A stretch of 64,000 bases of DNA from an uncultured delta proteobacterium (GTDB lineage: Bacteria > Desulfobacterota > Desulfobacteria > Desulfobacterales > Desulfosalsimonadaceae): positions 960,001-1,024,000 of the forward strand of contig CAWGYD010000006.1 in the NCBI GenBank assembly GCA_963826785.1, written 5' to 3'. The notes beneath the pieces are model-generated. The model did no database searches and was not told where the DNA came from. It saw only the letters and a list, made by a program, of their open reading frames with translations. The position numbers and the translations under genes were made by a program. Below, one piece after another: positions 38,297 to 51,511 of this stretch (the stretch's first letter is position 1; each line of letters starts with the position of its first letter).

Positions 38297-39607
38297 ATGG
38301 CATACTGCAGATACTGCGACCAGGACCACAACGTGGGGTTTGTTTCCACCCGGCTGACGGGCACGGACGGGGTTTCCCTGGAAACGGAAAAGTGGGCCGA
38401 CGTGTTCACCCGGCGCGGATTTACCTGCTTCTATTTTGCAGGGGAACTGGATCGGCCGCCCCAACGCTCTTTTCTTTCCCCCGAGGCGCATTTCAGGCAC
38501 CCGGCCATATATGAGATTCACCAGAGTGTTTTCGGGGTCTATGATCGCGGCCGGTACATCACCGATAAGATTCAGGCGCTCAAAGAAAAACTCAAAAACG
38601 ACCTGTACCGGTTTATCAGCAATTTTGAAATCGAACTGCTGGTCATCGAAAACGCGCTGGCCATCCCCATGAACATTCCCTTAGGGCTGGCGATTACCGA
38701 ACTGCTTTGTGAGAACCGGCTGCCGGTGATTGCCCATCACCATGATTTTTTCTGGGAACGCCAGCGTTTTTTAATCAATGCGGTCTGGGATTACCTGAAG
38801 ATGGCTTTCCCTCCCCATATTCCCGATATCGAGCACGTGGTGATCAGTTCGTCGGCAGGCGACCAGTTGAGCCTGCGGACGGGCATCTCCTCTCACATTA
38901 TTCCCAATGTCATGGATTTCGACAACCCCCCCGCGCCGCCGGACGAATACGCCGCCGATGTCAGGCAGTCGCTGGGCATTGCAGAAGATGAGCTGATGGT
39001 GCTTCAGCCCACCCGGGTGGTGAAGCGCAAGGGGATCGAGCATGCCATTGAACTGGTCAGCCGCCTGGGCATGAAGGCCAAGCTGATCATCTCCCACGCC
39101 TCCGGAGATGAGGGCTATCAATACGAGCAGCGAATCCGGGAATATTCCAAATTAATGAACGTAAACACCTATTTTGTCTCCGAGATTATCGGTGACCACC
39201 GGGGCAGGACCGAAGACGGCCGGAAGATATACACCCTCGATGACATCTATCCCCACGCCGACCTGGTCACCTATCCGTCCAACTACGAAGGTTTCGGCAA
39301 CGCCTTTTTGGAGGCGGTCTATTTTAAAAAGCCGGTGGTGGTGAATCTCTACTCGATTTACGCGGTGGATATCAAGCCCAGGGGGTTTTCCGTTATCGAA
39401 CTCGACGGGTATGTCACGGAAACAGCAGTGGAAAATACCAAAAGGGTGCTGTCCAACCCGGACCTGCGGGATCGCCTGGTCAACCACAATTTCGAGACTG
39501 CCGCCAATTATTATTCCTATTCGGTATTATACCAGCAGTTGGGCAATCTCATTGCCAAGTGCACCGGGTGCACGCACGACCCCTCCTGCGAGATACCATT
39601 GGCTTGA
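38297..39607 (+). CDS. Glycosyltransferase family 4 (mannosylglucosylglycerate synthase-like)
   Basis: GTDGVSLETEKW, HHHDFFWER, QPTRVVKRKGIEHAIEL, YPSNYEGFGNAFLEA. Confidence 0.85.
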   Translation: MAYCRYCDQDHNVGFVSTRLTGTDGVSLETEKWADVFTRRGFTCFYFAGELDRPPQRSFLSPEAHFRHPAIYEIHQSVFGVYDRGRYITDKIQALKEKLKNDLYRFISNFEIELLVIENALAIPMNIPLGLAITELLCENRLPVIAHHHDFFWERQRFLINAVWDYLKMAFPPHIPDIEHVVISSSAGDQLSLRTGISSHIIPNVMDFDNPPAPPDEYAADVRQSLGIAEDELMVLQPTRVVKRKGIEHAIELVSRLGMKAKLIISHASGDEGYQYEQRIREYSKLMNVNTYFVSEIIGDHRGRTEDGRKIYTLDDIYPHADLVTYPSNYEGFGNAFLEAVYFKKPVVVNLYSIYAVDIKPRGFSVIELDGYVTETAVENTKRVLSNPDLRDRLVNHNFETAANYYSYSVLYQQLGNLIAKCTGCTHDPSCEIPLA

Positions 39608-39789
39608 CATGGACACATCACACGGATATGAAAATACTTTCCACCCATTATCAATTCAGAATTGAAAAATGGCCGCTTGCCCGTTTTTTTCGTTTCCCGG
39701 AGTGACTGCCGGGTACTCGTGAAAACGTTACAAAAACGCAATATGAACATCGGGCCCCTCTAAACAGAGCGGGTCCTCAAGGAGCCCGG

Positions 39790-40377
39790 ATGAAAAGACT
39801 GGCGGCGGTATACGGCAGTCCGCGGCGAAACGGCAATACGGCCGCCCTTTTAAAAAAGGCGGTGGACGGGGCAAAAGATGCCGGAGCGCAAGTGGACGAG
39901 ATTGTTCTGCGGGATTACCGGATTTCGCCCTGCCTGGAAATCTATGCGTGCAAAAAAGAGGGGGAATGCGCCATCAAGGATGATTTTCAGCAGGTTCGCG
40001 ACCGGATTTTGAACGCTTCCGGCCTGATCATCGCCACCCCGATCTTTTTCTACACGGTCAGTTCCCATATCAAGATGCTCATGGACCGGTGCCAGTCCCT
40101 GTGGGTGAAAAAGTACTGGATCGACCAGGTGCCTTTCGGCCAATGGACCCCCAGGCGCAAGGGCCTGCTCATCGCGGCGGGGGCGACAAAAGGGAAAAAG
40201 CTGTTTGACGGCACCCTGCTGACCATGAAGTATTTCTTCGACGTTTTGGACATGGAACTTTTCGATTCACTGCTGTGCCGGGGACTTGATTTCGATCAAG
40301 ACGTCCTGTCACACCCGGAGTTTCTGGAGGCGGCCTTCGCGAAAGGCGCCGAACTGGCAAGGGCCGTCGAAAGCTGA
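39790..40377 (+). CDS. Flavodoxin family / iron-sulfur flavoprotein-like NAD(P)H-dependent FMN protein
   Basis: GSPRRNGNT, CLEIYAC...C..KDD, TPIFF, KMLMDRCQ. Confidence 0.85.
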   Translation: MKRLAAVYGSPRRNGNTAALLKKAVDGAKDAGAQVDEIVLRDYRISPCLEIYACKKEGECAIKDDFQQVRDRILNASGLIIATPIFFYTVSSHIKMLMDRCQSLWVKKYWIDQVPFGQWTPRRKGLLIAAGATKGKKLFDGTLLTMKYFFDVLDMELFDSLLCRGLDFDQDVLSHPEFLEAAFAKGAELARAVES

Positions 40378-40378
40378 T

Positions 40379-41257
40379 ATGGATCTGGATTTCAAGCCGG
40401 TCTGTCTGTCCATGCAGTCGGAATACCGGGAATTTTTCAGCCGGTGTTCTGAAATGGCTTCGGATTACAGCTTCATCAATCTCTGGGGATGGGCGGATGT
40501 ATACGGCCTCGAGTGGGCCCGAATCGATTCCCTTATATTTATCCGACAGGCGCTTCCTGAACCCGCTTACTGGGCACCGGTGGGAAACTGGGCGGAAATC
40601 GACTGGGTGGGCCTGGTGAAAGAATACCCGGAGCTGAAGACCACGTTCATCCGGGTGCCGGAAACACTGGCCGGCATATGGCAAACCGTATTTGACGATG
40701 CTGCGGCGGTCGAGGATCGGGACCAGTGGGATTACCTCTATGATGCACAAGCGCTGCGCGAGCTTCGGGGAAACCGTTTCCATAAGAAAAAGAACCTGCT
40801 CAACCAGTTTGTCCGCAGCTATGAATACCAATACCGGGAAATGACCGCCGGAATGATTGATCAGGCGCTTGCGCTTCAGGATGACTGGTGCATCTGGCGG
40901 GAATGCGCCTCGGATGATCACCTTGTAAACGAAAACCGGGCCCTGACGCGGGTTCTGTCCAATTGGGATACGCTTTTGGGAATATCGGGCGGCAGCCTGT
41001 GGGACAGAGACCGGATGGTGGCCTGCACCGTGGGCGAACGGGTGGCAGACGATACACTGGTCATCCATTTTGAAAAAGGGGACCCGGCGTACAGGGGGAT
41101 TTATCAGGCCATCAACCAGATGTTCCTGGCCGGCCAGTCTCCTTCGATTCAATGGGTCAACCGGGAGCAGGACCTCGGTGATGACGGCCTGCGCAAGGCC
41201 AAACAGTCCTATCACCCGGCGGGGTTTCTCAAAAAGTATCGCATCGCTTTGCGCTGA
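40379..41257 (+). CDS. DUF2156 / phosphatidylglycerol lysyltransferase-domain (GNAT-like) protein
   Basis: SDYSFINLWGW, DYLY...L.GNRFHKKKN, HFEKG, VNREQDLG..GLRKAK.SY.P. Confidence 0.82.
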   Translation: MDLDFKPVCLSMQSEYREFFSRCSEMASDYSFINLWGWADVYGLEWARIDSLIFIRQALPEPAYWAPVGNWAEIDWVGLVKEYPELKTTFIRVPETLAGIWQTVFDDAAAVEDRDQWDYLYDAQALRELRGNRFHKKKNLLNQFVRSYEYQYREMTAGMIDQALALQDDWCIWRECASDDHLVNENRALTRVLSNWDTLLGISGGSLWDRDRMVACTVGERVADDTLVIHFEKGDPAYRGIYQAINQMFLAGQSPSIQWVNREQDLGDDGLRKAKQSYHPAGFLKKYRIALR

Positions 41258-41410
41258 TTCTTGAATTCCCGCGGCTTTTCGATGCGCCTGCCGCCCTTTG
41301 GAGCGATTGGTCAAAGGCCGGATTTTCAGCCCTCCGGCCGGAAATCCGGAAAGGGCGCAGTGCGCACTGATTTATTAGTATAACTTAAAAAGATTGGAGT
41401 TTTATTCGTT

Positions 41411-42814
41411 ATGGGCGGTTTTTTCGGCTGTGTTTCCAGGCACGACTGTGTAAAGGATGTATTTTACGGCACCGACTACCATTCCCACCTGGGCACCAAG
41501 CGGGGCGGCCTGGCGGTAAAAAACCGGCAGGGGATCAAGAAATCCATCAAGAATATTGAAAATAGTTATTTTCGATCCAAACTGGAATCCGAGCTGCCCG
41601 ATCTGCATGGGAACATGGGCATCGGGGTGGTCAGCGATACGGATCCCCAGCCCCTGATCATCGGCTCCCACCTGGGCTCCTATGCCCTGGTGACGGTGGG
41701 AAAGATAAACAACATCGATGAGATCGCCAAAGAGGCATTCGACCGAAGGCTTCATTTTTCGGAAGCCTCCGAGGGAAAGGTGATCCCCACGGAACTGGTG
41801 GCCATGCTGATCAACCAGGGGGCCACCTATGAGGAAGGAATCGCCCATGCACAGGACGTCATCAAGGGGTCCTGCTCCCTGCTGCTGCTCACGGACAAAG
41901 GCATCTACGCGGCCCGGGACCGGCTGGGCCGCACGCCGGTGGTCATCGGGAAAAAGGAGGGCGCCCATGCCGCCAGTTTCGAAACCTGCGCCTTTTACAA
42001 CCTGGGCTATGACGTGGACAGGTTTCTCGGCCCGGGTGAAGTCGTATTGATGACCCCCGACGGGATCGAACAGAAGCAGGCCCCCGGCCCCGAAATGCAG
42101 GTCTGCGCGTTTCTGTGGGTCTACTACGGATACCCGGCATCGAGCTATGAAGCGATCAACGTGGAAGAGGTCCGGTACCGATGCGGCCGGACCCTGGGAA
42201 TGAACGACGACCAGGATGTCGATTTTGTATCCGGGATTCCGGATTCGGGGATCGGCCATGCCATCGGCTACTCCAACGAAACCCATATTCCCTACCGCCG
42301 GCCCTTTGTCAAATACACCCCCACCTGGCCCCGCAGCTTCATGCCCCAGGACCAGGACACCCGGGACCTGGTGGCGAAAATGAAGCTGATTCCCATCCGA
42401 TCGCTGATCGAAGGCAAACGGCTCCTGTTCTGCGATGATTCCATCGTCCGGGGAACCCAGCTCAAGGACAACATCGAGATCCTTTTTGACGCCGGCGCAA
42501 AGGAGGTGCACATGCGGGTGGCCTGCCCCACCCTGATCTACCCGTGCGAGTTTCTCAATTTTTCCACCTCCCGCTCCACCCTGGACCTGATCGGCCGCAA
42601 GATGATCCACGAGATAGAGGGGCCGGATTTTGAAGATCTGGCCAAATATGCCGCGGCCGATTCACCGGAGAAGCACGCGATGGTGGAAAAAATCAGAAAA
42701 CGGCTGCGGCTTTCCAGCCTGAAGTTTCAGAAGATAGACGATCTGGTAAATGCCATCGGACTGCCGAAGCAACAGGTGTGCACCCACTGTTGGGACGGGA
42801 GCAGCCATTTTTAA
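41411..42814 (+). CDS. purF: Amidophosphoribosyltransferase-like protein lacking the N-terminal catalytic Cys
   Basis: ARDRLGRTP, CAFLWVY, GIPDSG, CDDSIVRGTQ PRPP motif, CTHCW; starts MGGFFG rather than MCG. Confidence 0.85.
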   Translation: MGGFFGCVSRHDCVKDVFYGTDYHSHLGTKRGGLAVKNRQGIKKSIKNIENSYFRSKLESELPDLHGNMGIGVVSDTDPQPLIIGSHLGSYALVTVGKINNIDEIAKEAFDRRLHFSEASEGKVIPTELVAMLINQGATYEEGIAHAQDVIKGSCSLLLLTDKGIYAARDRLGRTPVVIGKKEGAHAASFETCAFYNLGYDVDRFLGPGEVVLMTPDGIEQKQAPGPEMQVCAFLWVYYGYPASSYEAINVEEVRYRCGRTLGMNDDQDVDFVSGIPDSGIGHAIGYSNETHIPYRRPFVKYTPTWPRSFMPQDQDTRDLVAKMKLIPIRSLIEGKRLLFCDDSIVRGTQLKDNIEILFDAGAKEVHMRVACPTLIYPCEFLNFSTSRSTLDLIGRKMIHEIEGPDFEDLAKYAAADSPEKHAMVEKIRKRLRLSSLKFQKIDDLVNAIGLPKQQVCTHCWDGSSHF

Positions 42815-42956
42815 GAATCCATCCAGAAATGGCTAATTTGCCCAATTTCTGCGTCAGGCGAAAATTTTAATCCTCAAAATACACCAGTATTCCTGCGGTT
42901 AAAATTTTTGCCTTCCTTGAACTTGAACAAATTATCCTATTTCTGGATGGATTCTT
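42813..42956. mobile_element. MITE-like foldback element with 18-bp terminal inverted repeats
   Basis: AAGAATCCATCCAGAAAT (42813-42830) / ATTTCTGGATGGATTCTT (42939-42956), further internal stems, no ORF. Confidence 0.65.
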
Positions 42957-43001
42957 TGAAAAAACAAGAATATTATCGCACCTGACAGGAAAGGATTACA
43001 G

Positions 43002-46212
<3,211 letters not shown>

Positions 46213-46216
46213 GATG

Positions 46217-46256
46217 AACCCCGGCCGAGCCCGAAAGGGTTCGGCCGGGGTTTTTT
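46217..46256 (+). terminator. Terminator after carB
   Basis: AACCCCGGCCGAGCCC-gaaa-GGGTTCGGCCGGGGTT followed by T run. Confidence 0.85.
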
Positions 46257-46462
46257 ATGGCCGGGATTTTCTGCGCCCACTGGTACAGAACAAATTAATG
46301 TGTTTTTCCGCCAAGGTTACATGCAACAGCCCATATTCAAAGCAGAAGCGATTTCATATGATAGGACATATCAGGCTAATCTATTGAAATAATTTATATT
46401 TTAATGACGGGGGCCAATGCGTTGACATAACGCCTGCGGACCTTGCGGCCGGGGGAATACAT

Positions 46463-47131
46463 ATGATCATTGATCCTGAAACGGATTCCGGCGAAAAATC
46501 GGGTGGGGCGGGCCGGAGTATGAGAGAGGGTGACCCGTCCGTGCGGCTGCTGATCGAAAATTCGCCGGTGGATCTTCTGCTGCTGGAACCCGACGGGCAG
46601 ATCGTATACAGTACGTGCGACTTGAGCGGTGTTGCCAAAGAGGCGCTGATCGGAAGATCGATTTACCAGTTTGTCAGCCGTAACTGTTCGGGGCATTTGA
46701 GAAAACAGCTGAAGCAGGCGGGGGATAACGGCCGGCCCGGCAAAATCGCCGCACGCCTGAAACGCCGCGGCAGCCGGCCCGGCCTTCACCTGATCCGGAT
46801 CAAGCCGGTCATGGCCTCCGGACGGGTGACCTCCTTCTGCCTCAGCCTGGCGGAACTGAAGCGGCCGGATCCCCTTGCGCGGAAGCGGGCCCGGAAAATG
46901 GCAGACCCTCCGGCAAAAGATCAGGTGCAGGCCCCCCCGCCACAGACCGTCAAATATATTTCCTTATGCAGTTACTGCAAAAGCGTGAAAAATGAGACGG
47001 GCGAGTGGGACCGGATCGAAAATTTTTTAATGAACCGCTCCGCCGATCCGAAAACCGAAGTGAAAATCAGCCACGGCATCTGCCATCAGTGCATGAAGCA
47101 GTATTTTCCCCACCTCCGGATGAATCGATAA
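46463..47131 (+). CDS. PAS-domain protein with C-terminal CxxC...HGxCxxC domain (paralog of 8187-8858)
   Basis: LLIENSPVDLLLL..DGQI, IGRSIYQFV; LCSYCKSV...ISHGICHQC. Confidence 0.7.
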   Translation: MIIDPETDSGEKSGGAGRSMREGDPSVRLLIENSPVDLLLLEPDGQIVYSTCDLSGVAKEALIGRSIYQFVSRNCSGHLRKQLKQAGDNGRPGKIAARLKRRGSRPGLHLIRIKPVMASGRVTSFCLSLAELKRPDPLARKRARKMADPPAKDQVQAPPPQTVKYISLCSYCKSVKNETGEWDRIENFLMNRSADPKTEVKISHGICHQCMKQYFPHLRMNR

Positions 47132-47156
47132 TTTGCAGGGCTTCGCCGCCCACACC

Positions 47157-47192
47157 TTTCCAAATATGTTTTCCAAATATCTTTCCAAATAT
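47157..47192. repeat. Short tandem repeat (TTTCCAAATAT x3)
   Basis: Copies at 47157, 47170, 47182, followed by degenerate copies. Confidence 0.7.
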
Positions 47193-47257
47193 TCTTTCCC
47201 CCTATCTTTTCTCCAAATCTTTCCCCGGCTTTCTTTGTAAGCGCAAGGGTAAAAGGG

Positions 47258-48289
47258 CTACCGCCCGGTTTTGAGCCGCTCCCAGTATTTTTCATAGATG
47301 GTGATGGCGCCTCCCACATCCACCTGGTAATCGGCATTTTTCAGGTCTTCATCCGTGGGATAAATGATCCGGTTGTTCCGGGTTTCGGGATCCAGAAGTT
47401 TTACCGCTTCGGCATTGGGGGAGGCATACCCGATCTCTTCGCAGATTTGCTTTGCGATCTCCGGGCGGAGCAGGAAATTGATCAGGGAATAGGCGTTTTC
47501 GATGTTTTTGGCTTTTGCCGGGATGACCAGGTTGTCCATCCACAGCATGGCCCCCTCCCGGGGATACACGTAAGTAAATTTTTCATTCTCCTGTGCGGCC
47601 ATGTAGGCCTCCCCGTTCCAGATCATTCCCACCGAAACTTCCTGGGTCACAAAGGGGATCCGCGGCGTGTCCGAGTTGAACACCCGGACGTTCGGCATCA
47701 ACTGCGCCAATTTCTCGTAAGCCTGCCGGATCTCTTCCGGATCGGTGGTGTTCCCGGACTTTCCGATCACCTTGAGCCCCATGAAAAAGACATCGCGCAC
47801 ATCGTTTAGCAAAAGCACCTTACCCTTGAATTCGGGCTTCCAGAGATCCGCCCAGGCTGTGACCGCAGACGCCTCGATGCTTCCGGTGTTGACGATGATG
47901 CCGGTGGATCCCCAGAGATAGGGAATGCTGTATTTGTTTTTGGGGTCAAAGGGCCGGTCCAGGTGCCTATCGGCGATGTTCTTCAGGTTGGGTATTTTGG
48001 CGTGATCGATGACATGGAGCAGGCCTTCCCGGCCCATTTTGCTGACGTAATAGCCGGACGGGACCACCAGGTCGTATCCTGCACCGCCCAGCAGCTTGAT
48101 CTTGGCATACATGGCCTCGTTGCTGTCATAGGTGGTATAGATCACCTTGATTCCGGTTTCTTTGGTGAACTGCTCCAGGACGGCTTCCGGCAGGTATTCG
48201 GACCAGTTGTAGAAGTACAGTTCGCCCTGTGCGGCAAATACGGTTGCGGGCAACAACAGGAAAATGATGAAGGCCATGATTTTTTTCAT
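47258..48289 (-). CDS. potD: Spermidine/putrescine ABC transporter substrate-binding protein
   Basis: YNWSEY, YDSNEAMYAK, PYLWGSTGI, WNGEA, WMDN, EEIGY. Confidence 0.9.
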   Translation of the reverse strand: MKKIMAFIIFLLLPATVFAAQGELYFYNWSEYLPEAVLEQFTKETGIKVIYTTYDSNEAMYAKIKLLGGAGYDLVVPSGYYVSKMGREGLLHVIDHAKIPNLKNIADRHLDRPFDPKNKYSIPYLWGSTGIIVNTGSIEASAVTAWADLWKPEFKGKVLLLNDVRDVFFMGLKVIGKSGNTTDPEEIRQAYEKLAQLMPNVRVFNSDTPRIPFVTQEVSVGMIWNGEAYMAAQENEKFTYVYPREGAMLWMDNLVIPAKAKNIENAYSLINFLLRPEIAKQICEEIGYASPNAEAVKLLDPETRNNRIIYPTDEDLKNADYQVDVGGAITIYEKYWERLKTGR

Positions 48290-49056
48290 GCTTTTTTCTC
48301 CTTGAGCAGAAATTGGGAACAGGATACCAGCAGCAGCGATAAACCAAACAGCACCGTTGCCAGTGCATTGACTTCCGGTTTGACCCCCAGCCGGACCATG
48401 GAATAGATCCTCAGCGGCAGGATTTCAAAACCCGGCCCGGTCACAAAAAAACTGACGATCACGTCGTCGATGGACAAAGTGAAGCTCAACAGCCACCCGG
48501 CGAGCACCGCCGGCAGGGCCAGCGGCAGAATGATCAGGTAAAAAACCCGCCATTCGCCGGCGCCCAGATCCCTTGCCGCCTCCATGAGGCCGGTATCGAA
48601 CCCGCTCAACCGGGAATAGACGGTGATGACCACGAAGGGCAGGCAGAAGGTGATGTGGGACAGCAGCAGGGAAAGAAACCCCAGCTGGATGTGGATCAGG
48701 ATGAACAGCGAGAGCAGGGAAATGGCCATGACGATATCCGGCGACATCATGATGACCAGCAGCAGCCCCTTGATGGTCTTTTCGCCCGTAAATCGGAACC
48801 GGTACAGGCAGACCGCCCCCAGGGTCCCCATGGCGGTGGCCAGGGTGGCTGAAACCGTGGCCACCAGCAGCGAATGAACGGCCGCCCCCATCAGCAGCGG
48901 ACTGTTAATCAGTTCACGGTACCACTTCAGGGTAAATCCATCCCAGGTGGTGCCGTATTTGGAGGCATTGAAAGAATGGGCGATCAGCACCAGGATGGGC
49001 AGGTATAAAAAGACATAGATTGAAATCAGGTAGATTTTTTTTACCGCCCGGATCAT
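48286..49056 (-). CDS. potC: Spermidine/putrescine ABC transporter permease
   Basis: FLYLPI, MSPDIV, SHITFCLPFV, EAARDLGA, SFTLSIDD, PEVNALAT. Confidence 0.9.
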   Translation of the reverse strand: MIRAVKKIYLISIYVFLYLPILVLIAHSFNASKYGTTWDGFTLKWYRELINSPLLMGAAVHSLLVATVSATLATAMGTLGAVCLYRFRFTGEKTIKGLLLVIMMSPDIVMAISLLSLFILIHIQLGFLSLLLSHITFCLPFVVITVYSRLSGFDTGLMEAARDLGAGEWRVFYLIILPLALPAVLAGWLLSFTLSIDDVIVSFFVTGPGFEILPLRIYSMVRLGVKPEVNALATVLFGLSLLLVSCSQFLLKEKKA

Positions 49057-49907
49057 TGTATCTCTGCGCCCCCGGCTTTTTTACTGCTGAGAAAATAAGC
49101 CGCCAGCATCAGGCCCATGATCGCCAGCATGGCTACGCTGGCCGCCGAGCCAAAGGGCCAGTCCCGGGCATTTAAAAACTGGTTCTTGATGAAATTGCCC
49201 ACCAGGAGGTCTTTTGCGCCGCCCAGCAGGTCCGAAACGTAAAACATGCCCAGGGCGGGAAGAAACACCAGCAGGCTGCCCGCGATAATGCCGGGAAGGG
49301 TCAGGGGAAGAATCACCCGCAAAAAGGTCTGGGCCCGGCCCGCCCCCAGGTCGCCGGCGGCTTCCAGCAGGCTGTTGTCGAGCCGTTCCATGACGGCAAA
49401 CAGGGGCAGCACCATAAACGGAAACAGGATGTAGACCAAACCGATGGTTACTGCCGTCCCGGTATACAGGAGCCGCAGGGGTTCATCGATCACCCCCAGA
49501 TAGAGAAGCGCTGCGTTTAGAACGCCCCGGGTGGCGAGGATGGCCCGGATGGCATAGGTGCGGATCAGGGAATTGGTCCAGAAGGGAATGATGACGAAAA
49601 GCAGCAGCAGGTGGCGAAAGCGGGCCGGCGCCCGGGCCAGCAGGAAGGCAAAAGGGTATCCCAGCGCCAGGCAGACCAGGGTGGCGTTCAGTGCCATTTT
49701 CATCGAATGGGCAAATACCTGCAGGTAAAGCGGATCCAGCAGGCGGCGATAGCTTTCCAGGGTGATGTCGAACGCGATAAAGCGGATTTCATCGCGCTGG
49801 AGAAAGCTGATCACCAGGATCATCAGGTTGGGAATCAGCACAAAAACGGCAAGCCAGATGCCGATCAGGGCGACCGTCAGCGTTTTAAAAAGATTCTTTT
49901 CCCTCAT
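49053..49907 (-). CDS. potB: Spermidine/putrescine ABC transporter permease
   Basis: [35 protein letters not shown]. Confidence 0.9.
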   Translation of the reverse strand: MREKNLFKTLTVALIGIWLAVFVLIPNLMILVISFLQRDEIRFIAFDITLESYRRLLDPLYLQVFAHSMKMALNATLVCLALGYPFAFLLARAPARFRHLLLLFVIIPFWTNSLIRTYAIRAILATRGVLNAALLYLGVIDEPLRLLYTGTAVTIGLVYILFPFMVLPLFAVMERLDNSLLEAAGDLGAGRAQTFLRVILPLTLPGIIAGSLLVFLPALGMFYVSDLLGGAKDLLVGNFIKNQFLNARDWPFGSAASVAMLAIMGLMLAAYFLSSKKAGGAEIQ

Positions 49908-50991
49908 CCGGCAGCACCACCTCCCATGAAGGAACCCAGTTCACCGCCACCCGCTCCCCGATATCATGATCCAGGGCGGGGTCCTCCTCGTCGAAAAATT
50001 CGCTGACCTGCACCTTTTTGCCGCTGTCCATCAAAACGATGGAATCGAGGGTCATGCCCTTGTAGGTGCGCGCAATCACGGTTCCGGCCATCCGGCCGGA
50101 CTCCGGCGATCCCTTTCCAATGGGGGTGAGCCGCATGTCTTCCGGCCGCAGCAGGACTTTGACGGATTCTCCGGGCGACCAGGTTTTCTCGGACCGGAGC
50201 GTGCAGGATATCCCCTCCACCACCGCTTCAATGGATGCGCCGCTGCGTTTTTCCACGACCTTTCCGTCAAAGATATTGATCTCCCCCACAAATCCGGCCA
50301 CGAACAGGTTGCGCGGGGTTTCGTACACCTGCCGGGGCGTGCCCGTCTGCTCGATATTTCCTTCTTTCAGCACCACGATCCGGTCGGACATGGAAAGCGC
50401 CTCCTCCTGATCATGGGTGACAAAGATGAAGGTGATTCCCAGGCGGCGCTGGAGCTGTTTGAGCTCTACTTCCATTTCCTTGCGCAGCTTGTAATCCAGT
50501 GCATTCAAGCATTCATCCAGCAGGAGCACCTTGGGCCGGTTGACCACGGCCCGGGCCAGGGCCACCCGCTGCTGCTGCCCCCCGGACAGCTGAAAAGGCC
50601 TGCGGGGGGCGAATTCTCCCAGCTTGACCATGCGCAGGGCCTCCCCCACCCGTTTCGCAATCTCGGCCCGGGGTACTTTTTTCATTTTCAGGCCGAAGGC
50701 CACGTTTTCAAAAACCGTCATGTGAGGGAAAAGGGCGAAACTCTGGAACACCATGTTGACGGCGCGCTGGTTGGGGGGAAGCGAATTTACACACCGGCCG
50801 CTGATGCAGACCTCCCCCGCATCCGGGGTTTCAAATCCGGCCAGCAGCCGCAGGATGGTGGTCTTGCCGCACCCGGAGGGCCCCAGAAGGGTTAAAAATT
50901 CGCCATTTTCGACTTCAAGGCTGATGTCTGAAAGAACGGCTCTATCCCCGAACGATTTGCAGACACGCTTCAATTCGACCACGAAAGACAT
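49885..50991 (-). CDS. potA: Spermidine/putrescine ABC transporter ATP-binding protein
   Basis: [40 protein letters not shown] tail. Confidence 0.92.
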   Translation of the reverse strand: MSFVVELKRVCKSFGDRAVLSDISLEVENGEFLTLLGPSGCGKTTILRLLAGFETPDAGEVCISGRCVNSLPPNQRAVNMVFQSFALFPHMTVFENVAFGLKMKKVPRAEIAKRVGEALRMVKLGEFAPRRPFQLSGGQQQRVALARAVVNRPKVLLLDECLNALDYKLRKEMEVELKQLQRRLGITFIFVTHDQEEALSMSDRIVVLKEGNIEQTGTPRQVYETPRNLFVAGFVGEINIFDGKVVEKRSGASIEAVVEGISCTLRSEKTWSPGESVKVLLRPEDMRLTPIGKGSPESGRMAGTVIARTYKGMTLDSIVLMDSGKKVQVSEFFDEEDPALDHDIGERVAVNWVPSWEVVLPDEGKESF

Positions 50992-51002
50992 GTTCTATCG
51001 TA

Positions 51003-51476
51003 TTATTCCTTTAATTCAATTATCCGGGGATGCAGCCCGTCTGCGGTGATTTCGATAATTCCCGCGGAGATGGGCAGCCGGAACCGCCGGGGCCCGGCGC
51101 TGCCCGGGTTGATATAGAACACCCCTTCCTTTTTGCGGATATCCGGCCGGTGGGAATGGCCGTATACCACCGCTGCGCATCCCGCGGCAGCCGGGTCCAG
51201 GTCCAGTTGCGACAGGTCATGGATCAGGTAGATGAGAAAGCCGGCCGCGTCCACCAGGTCGGACCGGGGCCGCCCGGCAAAATCTGCGGGTCGGTCCATG
51301 TTTCCCAGGACCGCCGTCACCGGGGCGATCCGGTTGAGATCGGCCAATACTTCCGGGCGGTCGATGTCTCCGGCGTGCAGGATCATATCTACGCCTGAAA
51401 AAGCCCCGGCAACGCTTTTTCGGAGCAGACCGTGAGTATCGGAAATCAGGCCGATGGTCAGCAGAATTTCAGACAT
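51003..51476 (-). CDS. YfcE-like metallophosphoesterase
   Basis: ISDTHG, HAGD, GNMD, GHSH, INPGS. Confidence 0.88.
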   Translation of the reverse strand: MSEILLTIGLISDTHGLLRKSVAGAFSGVDMILHAGDIDRPEVLADLNRIAPVTAVLGNMDRPADFAGRPRSDLVDAAGFLIYLIHDLSQLDLDPAAAGCAAVVYGHSHRPDIRKKEGVFYINPGSAGPRRFRLPISAGIIEITADGLHPRIIELKE

Positions 51477-51511
51477 GGGCATACAATGACGCACTCAGGT
51501 TCATTGGGGTT

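Noticed and set aside
39717..39734. TCGTGAAAACGTTACAAA as a Rex site before the flavoprotein gene
   Set aside because: Half-site spacing is off by one and there are several mismatches
41258..41410. Purine/ZTP/PRPP riboswitch upstream of purF
   Set aside because: GC-rich stems are present, but I recognised no aptamer consensus; an Rfam scan would settle it
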